From the NCBI GenBank assembly GCA_043228905.1, contig JBHGNT010000002.1, positions 13,144,001-13,208,000 of the forward strand: 64,000 nt of DNA, read 5' to 3'. The notes under the pieces were generated by a model. It was not told where the DNA came from and searched no databases. It saw only the letters and a program-made list of their open reading frames with translations. This document shows positions 49,989 to 61,662 of the stretch, one piece after another. The stretch's first letter is position 1. Each line of letters begins with the position of its first letter. Source of the stretch: Azolla caroliniana (taxonomy: Eukaryota; Plantae; Polypodiophyta). Made by a program: the position numbers and the translations under genes.

Positions 49989-52900
49989 TAAAGGTAAAGA
50001 GGGATGTTTGACGGATCAGCTATTGAGAGATGACGTTCAGCAAACAGGACTGTAGTAGAGATAAGAGTAGAGACACACAGATCTTTGGTGTACCCAACCG
50101 CCTTGATTGGTACACAAGAAAAAAGAAGGTTATTATATTAGTTAACCTTACATAGAAAGTGGTGTGTTCACATTATAAAAGGAGGTGTCCTGTCCAAGTG
50201 AACAATGTGTTCACATATACGAATAATTACCTAATTTGTGAACTACGGGCCTTTACACCTAACAACCTCCCACTTAAAGGTCCGATGTGAACATTCAAGT
50301 AACTCCCACTAACTGTATGCAATGTTCATGTTGAGCTTTGCCAAGACTTTTAGTGAGAATATCTGCAGGATTATCCTGTGTTTTGATCTTGGTCAATGTG
50401 ACTAGACCATCCTCCAAAACTTGTCTGATAAAGTGATGTCGCACATCAATGTGTTTGGTGCGCGAATGAAACATGGCATTCTTAGCCAGATACACAGCAC
50501 TCTGGCTATCACATCCTAACACAGGAGTACTAACAGACATGCCAAGATCTTCACCAAGTCTGCTGAGCCATATAGCTTCCTTTGAAGCTTCTGAAGCTGA
50601 AATATATTCAGCTTCAGTAGTACTCAGTGCTACAATCTTTTGCAATTTGGAGCACCAAGACACTGCTCCACCAGCAACTGTAAATATATACCCGCTAGTA
50701 GACTTACGTGTATCCAAGTCACCTGCCATGTCTGCATCACAATATCCCTGCAAATTTAATGCACCCTTCCCATAGCATAAACATTTTCTTTGTGTACCTT
50801 TAAGATACCTGAAAACACACTTGACAGCCTCCCAATGTGCTTTCCCGGGATTAGACATATAGCGACTAAGAACTCCCACTGCATAAGCAATATCTGGACG
50901 AGTAGCTACCATAGCATACATTAGAGAACCACATGCTGATGCATAAGGAATTCCCTTCATAGCATTGATTTCCATCTCATCCTTTGGACAATCAGCCTTG
51001 CTGAGTTTAAGATATGACGGCAAAGGAACTCCAAGAGACTTTGCTTCTGCCATATTAAATCTGTTAAGCACTTTTTCAATGTACTTTTCTTGTGACAAAA
51101 ACAACAATTTGTTTTTTCTGTTTCTATTGATTCTCATGCCCAAAATATGCTCTGCATTTCCCAAATCTTTCATAGAGAAGACCAATTTCAGTTGATCTTT
51201 TAGAGCATCAAGACTAGTCTTTCTTTTCCCAGCTAGCAACATATCATCCACATATAGAACAAGTATGATAGGACTGTCATCGATATCCTTTTTCGTGTAT
51301 AAACAATGATCTGCATAGCTACGATCAAAGCCTTGAGAAAGCATAAAAGTATCAAACTTCTTATACCACTGTCGTGGTGCTTGTTTTAGGCCATACAAGC
51401 TACGTTTTAGTTTGCATACCAAATGCTCCTTGTTAGAGACTACAAAACCCTCAGGTTGTTTCATGTAGATCTCTTCATCAATATCACCATGCAAAAAAGC
51501 GGTCTTTACATCCATTTGGTACAACTCCAAATTAAGCATTGCAGTGAGAGCAAATAGCACACGAAGTGTGGTCATCTTCACAACAGGAGAGAAGACCTCT
51601 TGGAAGTCAATACCTTCCTTCTGTGCATAACCCTTGGCAACTAATCTTGCCTTGTATTTTGGTTTCCCTTCAATTTCCTTTACCTTATAAACCCACTTAT
51701 TTGGAAGAGCTTTCCTTCCTTGAGGTAAGGACACAAGATCCCATGTATCATTTGCATATAAAGATTTTATTTCTTCTTGCATTGCAAGCTCCCACTTACT
51801 ACTAAGTTCACATGACATTGCCTCCTTATAAGTAAGAGGTTCACCCTCATCTGACAGCATGACATAATGCAAAGAGGGGTCATATCTATATACCTGCCTC
51901 CTTGAACGATTAGACCTACGTACCCAATGATCAGTATTTTCTGGGATTGGTTCTAAATCTGGAGGAAAATCATTTTCAGCACTTTCTGGCTGTTGCGAAC
52001 CATGTCCAACATGTTGTTCGACATCTATATTTTGTTCTTCAGTACCTTCATCTCGTTGACCAATATCTTCATGAGCATCTCTTTGCTGTCCAACTTCTTC
52101 TGGCTCAAAGATAACCGGTTGACCATCATATTCAACCTTTGGTATAGCATCATGAGGTTTATTTTCAGATTTTGTGGATGGCTGTAATTGCTGAAATGTA
52201 ACGCTCTTAGAGTTCCCAACAGAGGAACAAGCATTTTTCAGCAATTTTTCTTCATTAAAAACAACATCCCGGCTGCGTACAATTTTTCTGGACTGAGGTA
52301 ACCAAATCCTATAGCCCATTTCACCTTCATCACCATAGCCCATAAAAATGCCCATGGTGGACTTAGCATCGAGCTTATTTCTCAGCTCACTTCTAATGTG
52401 TACAAACGCATCACAACCGAAAATTCGTAAATGGTCATATGAAGCTGGTTTGCCAGACCAAACCTCCTCAGGGATTCCATTTTTTAAGGACTTGTTGGGA
52501 GAACGATTACATATATGAACCGCGGTTTTTAATGCTTCTCCCCAAAATTCATGAGGGAGATTAGCTGTGGACAGCATGCATCGTACTCGCTCACACAAGG
52601 TCCTATTATACCTTTCTGCCACCCCATTTGATGAAGGGTTATATGGAGCAGTAAGCTCTCTTTTAATACCATGTAAGTCACAATAAGACTTAAATTCTGC
52701 AGATGTAAACTCACCCCCATTATCTGTTCTGAGACATTTCAGTTTTGTCCCTTTTTGAGTAGTCACAAATGCATGAAAAGATTTAAATGCATCAAATGCA
52801 TCACCTTTTCTTTTCATCAAGTACACCCAAATCTTCCTAGAATAATCATCGATAAAGGAAATAAAATACGCAGCACCGCCCAAGGATTTTACAGGCATGC

Positions 52901-54540
52901 TACATACATCAGAATGCACCAAATCTAGCACATTTGGTTTACGAGAGATACCAGAATAATAAGAATTTCTCACTTGTTTGCGAAATAGACAATCATTACA
53001 AAAAACCAGCTTTGATCCTTTAACATCAAATCTTTTTAAAGCAGAAAGGACTTCAAGTCCTTTTTGGCTCATATGTCCTAATCTCTTATGCCAGAGCTCT
53101 AAACGAGAGTCGAATTCAGCAATAGCAAGAAACTTTTCAGGTAAAGCTTTGCATTGCAAACAGTACAGAGTGCCCTTTTTGCAACTTTTCACAATAACCA
53201 TAGATCCTTTCTTTAGTTTCCATAATCCACCACCGAATAATGTGGTGTAACCATGCAAATCCATTTGTCCTACAGATAGCAAACTTTTCTTTATGCCAGG
53301 TACATACCTAACATCTTTGAGCACAAGCTCTTGACCATTATTCAAAGACAAGTGTATGGTTCCAATACCATCAATATTGCAAGCACTATTGTTACCAAGA
53401 TAAACTTTTCCATAATTGCCTGCATCAAATGTGGTAAAGCACTCCAAACATGGAGTAACATGAAACGAAGCCCCAGAGTCTACTATCCATGTCTGTGTCA
53501 ATCCATCATCGATTGACAATAAAGCATCAATAACATCTGTTTTGGTGATTTGCATGTCTTGAACATGAGCTATAAAGGCATCACCTGTAATACAAAGTAC
53601 ATCACCATCTTCACCAGATAGCTCTTCAATGATAACATTTGAAGCCATATTAGCTTTCTCTGTTGTATTAAACTTATCCTCTTTGTTTTTCTTCTCTCCA
53701 ACATTCTTCTTCCTTTCTAGTTCCATCTTCCAATATCTACAATCAGGTTTCTTATGACCTTTACGGCCACAATGATAGCAAGTGATATCTTGTTGTTTTC
53801 CTTTCCCTCTACTCTTACTTCTATTTCTTTGTCCTACATTTGGGTTCCTCTTATCATATCTCCCCCTAATATTGTATGCTGAACCACTACCTTCTCTGCT
53901 AGATTGTCTTCTAATCTCTTCATTGAGAATAGAGCCCCGCACACCATCGAAGGTCAAGGTGGGGCTATTAGATAGTGAAACAACTAATGTTTCCCACGAA
54001 TCCGGTAAAGTCATAAGTAGGAAGATAGCTTTGAGCTTGTCATCAAAAGCTGGTAATCCTGAATCTTGTAGTTGGGAGAGAGTACCTGTGAATAAAGATA
54101 GATGCTCTGTTGCACCTTTCGACTCATCAAGCCTCATACTGACAAGTTTTCTCATCAAATGCACCTGATTCACAGGAGTAGTATTCTCGTAAGTTTTCTT
54201 AAGTTTCTCCCAAACTTGATGGGCAGTAGTCAAGCCCTTTACATCTACAAGAATTTCATCAGAAACAGCCATTTTAATATATGTAATGGCTTTCTTATTC
54301 AGAGTGTTCCAAGCATCATTTTCCATGCTCTCTGGTTTCTTTTCTACGAGAGCATCTTCACAATCTCTTAGAAAGAGGATGCCCAGCAGACGCTCTTTCC
54401 ACAATTCGAAACCTTTTCCATCAAATCTCTTGATTTCAAAGAGGTTTTTCACTTCAGCTGAAGTGGAGGCCATTGCTCCCACGATTTATGACAGATGCCT
54501 TCAGAAATTGAGCAGAATACCAATAGGAAAGGGTCTGACA

Positions 54541-54572
<32 letters not shown>

Positions 54573-54925
54573 AATCTGTGTTTTCTGCTGATTCTGAATC
54601 TAAAGAAAAACAGCAAAGTAGAGGAAAGAGATTTGGCTCTGATACCAGTTAAAGGTAAAGAGGGATGTTTGACGGATCAGCTATTGAGAGATGACGTTCA
54701 GCAAACAGGACTGTAGTAGAGATAAGAGTAGAGACACACAGATCTTTGGTGTACCCAACCACCTTGATTGGTACACAAGAAAAAAGAAGGTTATTATATT
54801 AGTTAACCTTACATAGAAAGTGGTGTGTTCACATTATAAAAGGAGGTGTCCTGTCCAAGTGAACAATGTGTTCACATATACGAATAATTACCTAATTTGT
54901 GAACTACGGGCCTTTACACCTAACA
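49989..54925 (-). mobile_element. Full-length Ty1/copia element (copia-D) in the chromovirus leader
   Basis: 276-bp LTRs at 49989-50264 and 54650-54925 (1 mismatch seen); TSD CCCTG at 49984-49988 and 54926-54930; iMet PBS 54635-54647; PPT AAGTGGGAGG. Confidence 0.96.
50295..54482 (-). CDS. copia-D Gag-Pol, intact, 1395 aa
   Basis: CYHCGRKGHKKPDC, WIVDSGAS, HSDVC / LRTDNGGEF, YVDD, YCDAD / EAEY / CDSQ all intact. Confidence 0.95.
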   Translation of the reverse strand: MGAMASTSAEVKNLFEIKRFDGKGFELWKERLLGILFLRDCEDALVEKKPESMENDAWNTLNKKAITYIKMAVSDEILVDVKGLTTAHQVWEKLKKTYENTTPVNQVHLMRKLVSMRLDESKGATEHLSLFTGTLSQLQDSGLPAFDDKLKAIFLLMTLPDSWETLVVSLSNSPTLTFDGVRGSILNEEIRRQSSREGSGSAYNIRGRYDKRNPNVGQRNRSKSRGKGKQQDITCYHCGRKGHKKPDCRYWKMELERKKNVGEKKNKEDKFNTTEKANMASNVIIEELSGEDGDVLCITGDAFIAHVQDMQITKTDVIDALLSIDDGLTQTWIVDSGASFHVTPCLECFTTFDAGNYGKVYLGNNSACNIDGIGTIHLSLNNGQELVLKDVRYVPGIKKSLLSVGQMDLHGYTTLFGGGLWKLKKGSMVIVKSCKKGTLYCLQCKALPEKFLAIAEFDSRLELWHKRLGHMSQKGLEVLSALKRFDVKGSKLVFCNDCLFRKQVRNSYYSGISRKPNVLDLVHSDVCSMPVKSLGGAAYFISFIDDYSRKIWVYLMKRKGDAFDAFKSFHAFVTTQKGTKLKCLRTDNGGEFTSAEFKSYCDLHGIKRELTAPYNPSSNGVAERYNRTLCERVRCMLSTANLPHEFWGEALKTAVHICNRSPNKSLKNGIPEEVWSGKPASYDHLRIFGCDAFVHIRSELRNKLDAKSTMGIFMGYGDEGEMGYRIWLPQSRKIVRSRDVVFNEEKLLKNACSSVGNSKSVTFQQLQPSTKSENKPHDAIPKVEYDGQPVIFEPEEVGQQRDAHEDIGQRDEGTEEQNIDVEQHVGHGSQQPESAENDFPPDLEPIPENTDHWVRRSNRSRRQVYRYDPSLHYVMLSDEGEPLTYKEAMSCELSSKWELAMQEEIKSLYANDTWDLVSLPQGRKALPNKWVYKVKEIEGKPKYKARLVAKGYAQKEGIDFQEVFSPVVKMTTLRVLFALTAMLNLELYQMDVKTAFLHGDIDEEIYMKQPEGFVVSNKEHLVCKLKRSLYGLKQAPRQWYKKFDTFMLSQGFDRSYADHCLYTKKDIDDSPIILVLYVDDMLLAGKRKTSLDALKDQLKLVFSMKDLGNAEHILGMRINRNRKNKLLFLSQEKYIEKVLNRFNMAEAKSLGVPLPSYLKLSKADCPKDEMEINAMKGIPYASACGSLMYAMVATRPDIAYAVGVLSRYMSNPGKAHWEAVKCVFRYLKGTQRKCLCYGKGALNLQGYCDADMAGDLDTRKSTSGYIFTVAGGAVSWCSKLQKIVALSTTEAEYISASEASKEAIWLSRLGEDLGMSVSTPVLGCDSQSAVYLAKNAMFHSRTKHIDVRHHFIRQVLEDGLVTLTKIKTQDNPADILTKSLGKAQHEHCIQLVGVT

Positions 54926-55126
54926 CCCTGATCTCTATATCGATTTTTTTCATGGCGGCTCCCCGAGGCTCAACCATGTATGTTCGCGTCATGAATAGTT
55001 TATACACGAAAAAAATGTTAACAATAACTATGTTTCTGTGCCCACATATGTGGTTTCGGCTCTTTAAGTCCTATTACGAGGACCCCGAAGTGCACTTAGA
55101 CCTAAAGTCTAAACATGTATTATAGT

Positions 55127-58100
55127 TGTTGCGAATCAACGCTTGGATTCACTTTCACCACTCGGCCACAACCGATTAATCGCGGATCAATGCAGCAGAA
55201 AATAGGAAACACAGAGAGAGACACGATAACACAGGGATTAACGTGGAAAACCCTAAACGGGAAAAACCACGGGAGTACAAGACTCCAAACCAACACTATA
55301 CAGAGAAGTATACAATGGCGAGCTGCAAGGCGACGACCTTGAGCTCGCTGTCCTCGCCACAGGCGGCGGTAATACACAGAGGCAACGACCTCCTCGTTTC
55401 TCTCACTCTCTCTCTCTCGGCTGCTCTCACTTCGCTCCCTCTAAGTGAAAAACAGAAAATGAGCAGCAACAGAATAAAACTGTTTGCCCTAAGTCATATT
55501 TATACACATATGACTTTCGGACTATTTACACATATAGCCTCAAGGGCTCTTGGCAAACATATTTATAAATATGTCCCCGCATCCGGATCTCTCTCCGGGT
55601 ACATTCATCATCCGGCTCCGTAGCCGGGTCTTCGTCATCCGGCTCCGTAGCCGGGGTCTTCATCATCCGGATCCGTATCCGGGTACTTCATCATCCGGAT
55701 CCGTATCCGGGTACTCTTCATCCGGCTTCATACCGGGTATTCTTCATCATCCGGAGAGTGCGCTCACCGGACCTGTATCTTCATCCGGTTCCGTAACCGT
55801 AACCGGGCTTGCCGTCATTCATCTCCGGACATCCCATCCGGAGGGACCGATATCCCAACAAACTCCCCCTTCACTTCGGCATGGGATGTCTTTCCAGTCC
55901 GACCCTCTTCCGGCACGCTTCCAGCTTGTCGGGTGTGAGCACTTTGGTCAGCATATCTGACCCGTTCTCGTCCGTGTGGATCTTCGTCAGTACGAACTCC
56001 TTGTCTTCTATCCTTTCCCGGATCCAGTGATATCTTCGCTGGATGTGCTTCGTCCGGGAGTGATAGGCCGCGTTCTTCGCAAGGTGGATGGCACTCTGAC
56101 TGTCGCAGTAGAGTCGATACTCCTCCTGCCGGATACCGAGCTCTCTAATGAAGTCCTTCATCCATATTATTTCCTTGCCGGCTTCAACAGCTGCCATGTA
56201 CTCCGCCTCCGTGGTTGACAACGCAACCGTCTTCTGCAGCCTCGACTGCCACGAAACGGCTCCCCCTGCATACGTCATCACATACCCTGATGTGGACCGG
56301 CTGGTATCTGCATCAGCCGACATATCCGAATCGGTGAAGCCGTCGAGTTCGGGCTTACCGGAGCCGAATCGGAGGCACACGTTTGCCGTGCCTTTCAGGT
56401 ATCGGAGTATCCACTTGGCCGCGTTCCAATGCTCTTTGCCGGGATTGCTCATGTACCGGCTCACCACTCCGACTGCATATCCTATGTCCGGTCTCGTACA
56501 CACCATTGCGTACATCAAGCTCCCGACGGCAGAGGCATATGGTACTTTCATCATGTCCTCCTTCTCAGCCTTTGTCTTGGGGCTTTGCTTGCTGGACAGC
56601 TTGCAGTTTGCCGGGAGGGTCGATCCGACCGGTCTTGCTTCCGACATGTTGAACCGGTGAAGCACCTTCGTTACGTACTTCTCCTGTGACAGCCACAACT
56701 GCTTCTTGTTCCGGTCCCGGATGATATGCATCCCCAGTATTTGCCTCGCCGGACCCAGGTCCTTCATTGAGAAGGTTCGGTGAAGAGCCTTCTTCAGCAT
56801 CCGTATCTTGACCTGGTCCCGTCCGACGATCAACATGTCGTCCACGTATAGGAGGAGTATTAGAGAGTCTCCTCCGTCGAACTTCTTCACAAACACGCAG
56901 TGATCGGACTGCGTCTTGTGGTACCCTTCGTCGGTCATGAAGGAGTCGAACTTCCGGTACCACTGCCGGGGAGCCTGCTTCAGTCCGTAAAGGCTCTTCT
57001 TCAACCGGCATACCAGGTGCTCCTTCCCTTTCTTCTCGAATCCTTCCGGTTGCTGCATGTAGATCTCTTCTTCGAGGTCACCGTGAAGGAATGCCGTCTT
57101 CACGTCCATCTGTTCTACCTCGAGGTCCATTCTTGCCGCTATGCTCAGCACCGTCCGGATGGAGGTCATCTTCACTACCGGGGCAAATATCTCGTCGAAG
57201 TCGACGCCCTTCTTCTGCTGAAACCCCTTCACCACGATCCTGGCTTTGTATCTCGGGGGGTTTTCGGCATCTCCCGGTTTCAGCTTGAACACCCACTTGT
57301 TACGGAGTGCCCGTTTTCCTTTCGGCAACTCCACAAGTTCATATGTGTGGTTCTCATGCAGGGAATCCATCTCCTCCTGCATGGCACTTAACCACCTGCG
57401 GCTATGGGTGTCATGCTTCGCTTCTTCAAAGCTCTCCGGCTCCCCCTCGTCGGTTAGCAGCACGTGCTCTGGTTCCGGAAATCTCCGGGGGGCCCTTCTC
57501 TCTCTTAGAGGATATCTCCATTCCGGAGCTTCGGTAACCGGCTCCTCCGTTTCCTCTTCATCCGAATCCATTTCGGGATCGGGGCCGGTTCCGGTATCAA
57601 TTTCATCTTCCTCGGCCGGTTCTGTTTCTTCACTGTCTTCGGCCGGATCCTCGAGTGCTAACCGGTCCCTTGCCGGTCGGGACTGCTCCTCGTAGAGTTG
57701 ATCCTCACCGGTCGACTTGGAGCTCTTCATCTTCTTCTCCGACTCCCAGTCGGCGAGTGTCTTGTCCTCCATGAAGATGATATCTCTACTCCTGAATATC
57801 TTCTTGTCGACCGGGTCCCATACTCGGTAGCCGAACTCGTCGTCGCCGTAATCGAGGAATATGCATGGCCGGGTCTTTGGATCTAGCTTTCCTCTCCGGT
57901 CCTTTGCCACATGCACGTATGCGAGACACCCGAACACCTTCAGATGCCGGTAGGACACTTCCTTACCGGTCCACACTCTCTGCGGCGTGTCTCCGTCCAA
58001 AGGTACTGAGGGTGATCTGTTTATCACATATGTCGCCGTCGACATTGCCTCAGCCCAAAACCCCTTGGGTAATTTTGCATGCGCCAGCATACTCCGGACC

Positions 58101-60625
58101 CTCTCCATTATGGTCCGGTTCATCCTCTCGGCCAGCCCGTTTAGTTCCGGCGTCTTCGGCACAGTAAACTCGAGCCGGATTCCCTTCGAGCGACAGTACT
58201 CCTGGAACTGCCCCCGGTATTCCCCTCCGTTATCCGCTCGTATCGCTTTCAGCTTCTTGCCGGATTCTCTTTCCACTCTCGCGTGGAGTTCTTTGAAGAC
58301 GGACAATACTTGGTCCTTTGTCTTCAGCGGTGCCGTCCACAGCTTCCGGCTATGGTCATCTATGAATGTTACGAAGTACTGGGCTCCGCCATGTGACTTC
58401 GTTTCTACCTGACACACATTAGTGTGTACCAACTCCAATGGTACACTACGTCTCATCGGTGGCCTTGAGTGGAAGGAGGTCCGGTTTTGCTTACCGGCCA
58501 GACAGTCGGTACACTTCCCCAAGTGTACATGCTTTACCGGTATCAGGTTGTCTTCGGCAAGCCTCTTCATCCCCTTCTCGCTCATGTGGCACAGTCTCTT
58601 GTGCCATAGCTCACCGGCAGTGTCGGCTGCCACATTCAGCTCCTCCGGACATAGCCGGGAATTCATCAGGTACAGGGTGTTGATCTTCCGGGCCCGAGCC
58701 ACTATCAGGCTCCCCTTGCTGAACTTCATGACACCGTTCCGGATGCTACCCGTGTAGCCTTCATCATCTAGCCTCCCGGCCGAAATCAGGTTCAATCGAA
58801 CCTCCGGAACGTGTCGGACATCCTTCAACAGCATCTTGCATCCGGTTGATGTCATCAGCCACACGTCTCCTATGCCGGCAATCCGGCATGTACCTTCATT
58901 TCCCATCCGGACACAGCCATGCTCACCGGCTGTGTAGGATGAAAAGTATTTCTTCTCCGGGGTCAGGTGGAACGATGCTCCGGAATCGACCACCCAGGTC
59001 ATCTCTTCTCCGGCAAGGTTCAGCTCCCTCTCTTCGGTAATGAGCATGATCTCCTCTTCACTTGCCGCGAGTGCCGTCGTTCCTTTCCGGTCCTGCCCTC
59101 GCCGATCCGAACCTCTCCGGTCCGTGGCTCCCCGGTATGCACCGTTTCTCTCCGGTGACTTCTTCGAATCGGTGTCGTCGGCTCCGTTGTCCTTTCGGTA
59201 ATGCCGACAATTCTTCCGGAAGTGCCCCGGCTTCCCACAGTGGAAGCATGTGGGTCTTCCTCTTGACTGCGACCGGGTCCCCGACTTTTCCCATCTTTGC
59301 GGACTCCGGTTCCATTGTCTTCCCCGTTCCGATTCGGTAAGGAGCGCCTTCGAGTCGGAGGCCGGTTCTTTATCTCTCCGACGCGCTTCTTCGTTCAAAA
59401 TACTTGTCTTTACCGTTTGTAAAGACAAGTTATCTTCGGTGCAGGAGGTGCTGAGAGTCACCACCAAGTTCTCCCAACTTTCCGGCAATGTACACATCAG
59501 AATGATGGCTTGCATTGCATCCTCCAGCGGGAACTTGATTGCCGCAAGCTGGTTCACGAATCCCATGAACGTGCTTACGTGTTCCACCATGCTCTCGCCG
59601 TCCCGGTACTTGAGGTTCACTATCTTCCTCATCAGGGAGGTCCGGTTCAACGCATTCTTCCTCTCGTAGAGGCCCGACAGCTTCCGCCACATCTCGTATG
59701 CGTTGGTGTCGTTCGCCACATGTTGTAGAACGCTCACGTCGACGTATTGCCGGATGGTTGCAACGGCTTTCCGGTTCAGAAGCCTCCATTCCGTCTCAAG
59801 TACCCCCTTCGGTATTTCCGACCTGTCAATCGGTTCGTACAGGTCCCGAACAATCAGAAGATCCTCCATCTTGATCTTCCAGTCGGCGTAGTTCAGCGCA
59901 TTCAGCACCATCATCCCCGGCTGCCCGCTGCTGCCGCCTTCCATTTTCTGCACTGCCGTCGCTCTGATACCACTTTGTTGCGAATCAACGCTTGGATTCA
60001 CTTTCACCACTCGGCCACAACCGATTAATCGCGGATCAATGCAGCAGAAAATAGGAAACACAGAGAGAGACACGATAACACAGGGATTAACGTGGAAAAC
60101 CCTAAACGGGAAAAACCACGGGAGTACAAGACTCCAAACCAACACTATACAGAGAAGTATACAATGGCGAGCTGCAAGGCGACGACCTTGAGCTCGCTGT
60201 CCTCGCCACAGGCGGCGGTAATACACAGAGGCAACGACCTCCTCGTTTCTCTCACTCTCTCTCTCTCGGCTGCTCTCACTTCGCTCCCTCTAAGTGAAAA
60301 ACAGAAAATGAGCAGCAACAGAATAAAACTGTTTGCCCTAAGTCATATTTATACACATATGACTTTCGGACTATTTACACATATAGCCTCAAGGGCTCTT
60401 GGCAAACATATTTATAAATATGTCCCCGCATCCGGATCTCTCTCCGGGTACATTCATCATCCGGCTCCGTAGCCGGGTCTTCGTCATCCGGCTCCGTAGC
60501 CGGGTACTTCATCATCCGGAGAGTGCGCTCACCGGACCTGTATCTTCATCCGGTTCCGTAACCGTAACCGGGCTTGCCGTCATTCATCTCCGGACATCCC
60601 ATCCGGAGGGACCGATATCCCAACA
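55127..60625 (-). mobile_element. Full-length Ty1/copia element (copia-E, same family as copia-C) in the chromovirus leader
   Basis: LTRs 55127-55860 (734 bp) and 59976-60625 (650 bp); TG...CA; TSD ATAGT at 55122-55126 and 60626-60630; iMet PBS about 59961-59972. Confidence 0.96.
55871..59944 (-). CDS. copia-E Gag-Pol, open frame (likely start MEGGSSG)
   Basis: All copia domains present; the upstream extension in the ORF track runs through the LTR. Confidence 0.92.
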   Translation of the reverse strand: MEGGSSGQPGMMVLNALNYADWKIKMEDLLIVRDLYEPIDRSEIPKGVLETEWRLLNRKAVATIRQYVDVSVLQHVANDTNAYEMWRKLSGLYERKNALNRTSLMRKIVNLKYRDGESMVEHVSTFMGFVNQLAAIKFPLEDAMQAIILMCTLPESWENLVVTLSTSCTEDNLSLQTVKTSILNEEARRRDKEPASDSKALLTESERGRQWNRSPQRWEKSGTRSQSRGRPTCFHCGKPGHFRKNCRHYRKDNGADDTDSKKSPERNGAYRGATDRRGSDRRGQDRKGTTALAASEEEIMLITEERELNLAGEEMTWVVDSGASFHLTPEKKYFSSYTAGEHGCVRMGNEGTCRIAGIGDVWLMTSTGCKMLLKDVRHVPEVRLNLISAGRLDDEGYTGSIRNGVMKFSKGSLIVARARKINTLYLMNSRLCPEELNVAADTAGELWHKRLCHMSEKGMKRLAEDNLIPVKHVHLGKCTDCLAGKQNRTSFHSRPPMRRSVPLELVHTNVCQVETKSHGGAQYFVTFIDDHSRKLWTAPLKTKDQVLSVFKELHARVERESGKKLKAIRADNGGEYRGQFQEYCRSKGIRLEFTVPKTPELNGLAERMNRTIMERVRSMLAHAKLPKGFWAEAMSTATYVINRSPSVPLDGDTPQRVWTGKEVSYRHLKVFGCLAYVHVAKDRRGKLDPKTRPCIFLDYGDDEFGYRVWDPVDKKIFRSRDIIFMEDKTLADWESEKKMKSSKSTGEDQLYEEQSRPARDRLALEDPAEDSEETEPAEEDEIDTGTGPDPEMDSDEEETEEPVTEAPEWRYPLRERRAPRRFPEPEHVLLTDEGEPESFEEAKHDTHSRRWLSAMQEEMDSLHENHTYELVELPKGKRALRNKWVFKLKPGDAENPPRYKARIVVKGFQQKKGVDFDEIFAPVVKMTSIRTVLSIAARMDLEVEQMDVKTAFLHGDLEEEIYMQQPEGFEKKGKEHLVCRLKKSLYGLKQAPRQWYRKFDSFMTDEGYHKTQSDHCVFVKKFDGGDSLILLLYVDDMLIVGRDQVKIRMLKKALHRTFSMKDLGPARQILGMHIIRDRNKKQLWLSQEKYVTKVLHRFNMSEARPVGSTLPANCKLSSKQSPKTKAEKEDMMKVPYASAVGSLMYAMVCTRPDIGYAVGVVSRYMSNPGKEHWNAAKWILRYLKGTANVCLRFGSGKPELDGFTDSDMSADADTSRSTSGYVMTYAGGAVSWQSRLQKTVALSTTEAEYMAAVEAGKEIIWMKDFIRELGIRQEEYRLYCDSQSAIHLAKNAAYHSRTKHIQRRYHWIRERIEDKEFVLTKIHTDENGSDMLTKVLTPDKLEACRKRVGLERHPMPK

Positions 60626-61409
60626 ATAGTCATATGTATCAACGATGTTGTATGGTGTTGGTCATATTTGAACTCGAGACCTCGAGGACAAATACATCAA
60701 ACACTTGAGCCAACCAAGTAGATTGCGCGTCTTGAATGTTTAATGTTTGAGGCGTATTCGAGATATGCGAGGCATTTGCCCCTATATGTTTTTTTTAAAA
60801 GAAACATATAGGTCAAGTGGCCTTATTTCTCCCTCATTTATTACCCACTATGGTTGTACGCTACCTACCCTCAAGCCTCGTAAGTACAATGGCATATGCC
60901 AAAGTGTAACCTAATGGTCAAGCCGAATGAGCCCTTGTGTCTTCATAGGCTCATGTGGCCCATCACATGGTCACGTCATTACGAATGGCGCTCGTAAGAA
61001 CGAGCTCATGGTGGCATCGTATCCATGTAACGAGGGGAGATGTTGGATATGTGTGTCATTAGAGCGACCCTACTTGATGTGGATCAAGCCCGACGTATTC
61101 AACATCATTTTAGCTATACGAGGTTCGTTACGTAACGAAAGATCAAAGTGACCAACGGGAATTTCAACAATAAAAATTGTTGATAAAAGGGATGGTGACA
61201 ACGCCATTCTCACAAAAATGTGAGGACGGCCACCAAAATCCTCTCCCCAATTAGGAAAACATTTGATATGAATCACGTAATCTAAAATATACACATATGT
61301 CAATATATCACATATATACGATCAGAGACGTATATAAGTGACCACATATGCGTATACTAAAGGAATCGTTTTTTTTATATAGCCAACAATGATGTATTCG
61401 GGATACGTA

Positions 61410-61662
61410 ATCGAGGCATATACCTCTACGCACACGAAACATCCGAAAATAAGGTTAAGTGTAATTCGCAATTGAGGTATTGACCTCTTACGCATAGTAA
61501 ATCCAACGCATATCATTTCGAACGAAGCGAGGTATTGACCTCGTACGCGAACGTAACATATGTTCGTGAACGTAATACGCAATTGAGGTAATAACCTCGT
61601 ACGCATACGACACTCATCACATATGATTTATATGTCAAACGAGGTATTGACCTCATGGACAT
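61410..61662. repeat. Five ~55-60-bp-period repeats with a GAGGT-N4-ACCTC hairpin core in the chromovirus leader
   Basis: Cores at about 61413, 61475, 61529, 61585 and 61641. Confidence 0.7.

Noticed and set aside
59945-60226. Hydrophobic N-terminal extension of the 1451-aa ORF (possible env or signal)
   Set aside because: It lies within the 5' LTR and PBS; the sister element lacks it and gag starts at MEGG.
60655-60722. Another B-box-like motif (GAGTTCAAAT, minus) in the chromovirus leader
   Set aside because: The A box is poor and there is only one instance; could be chance.
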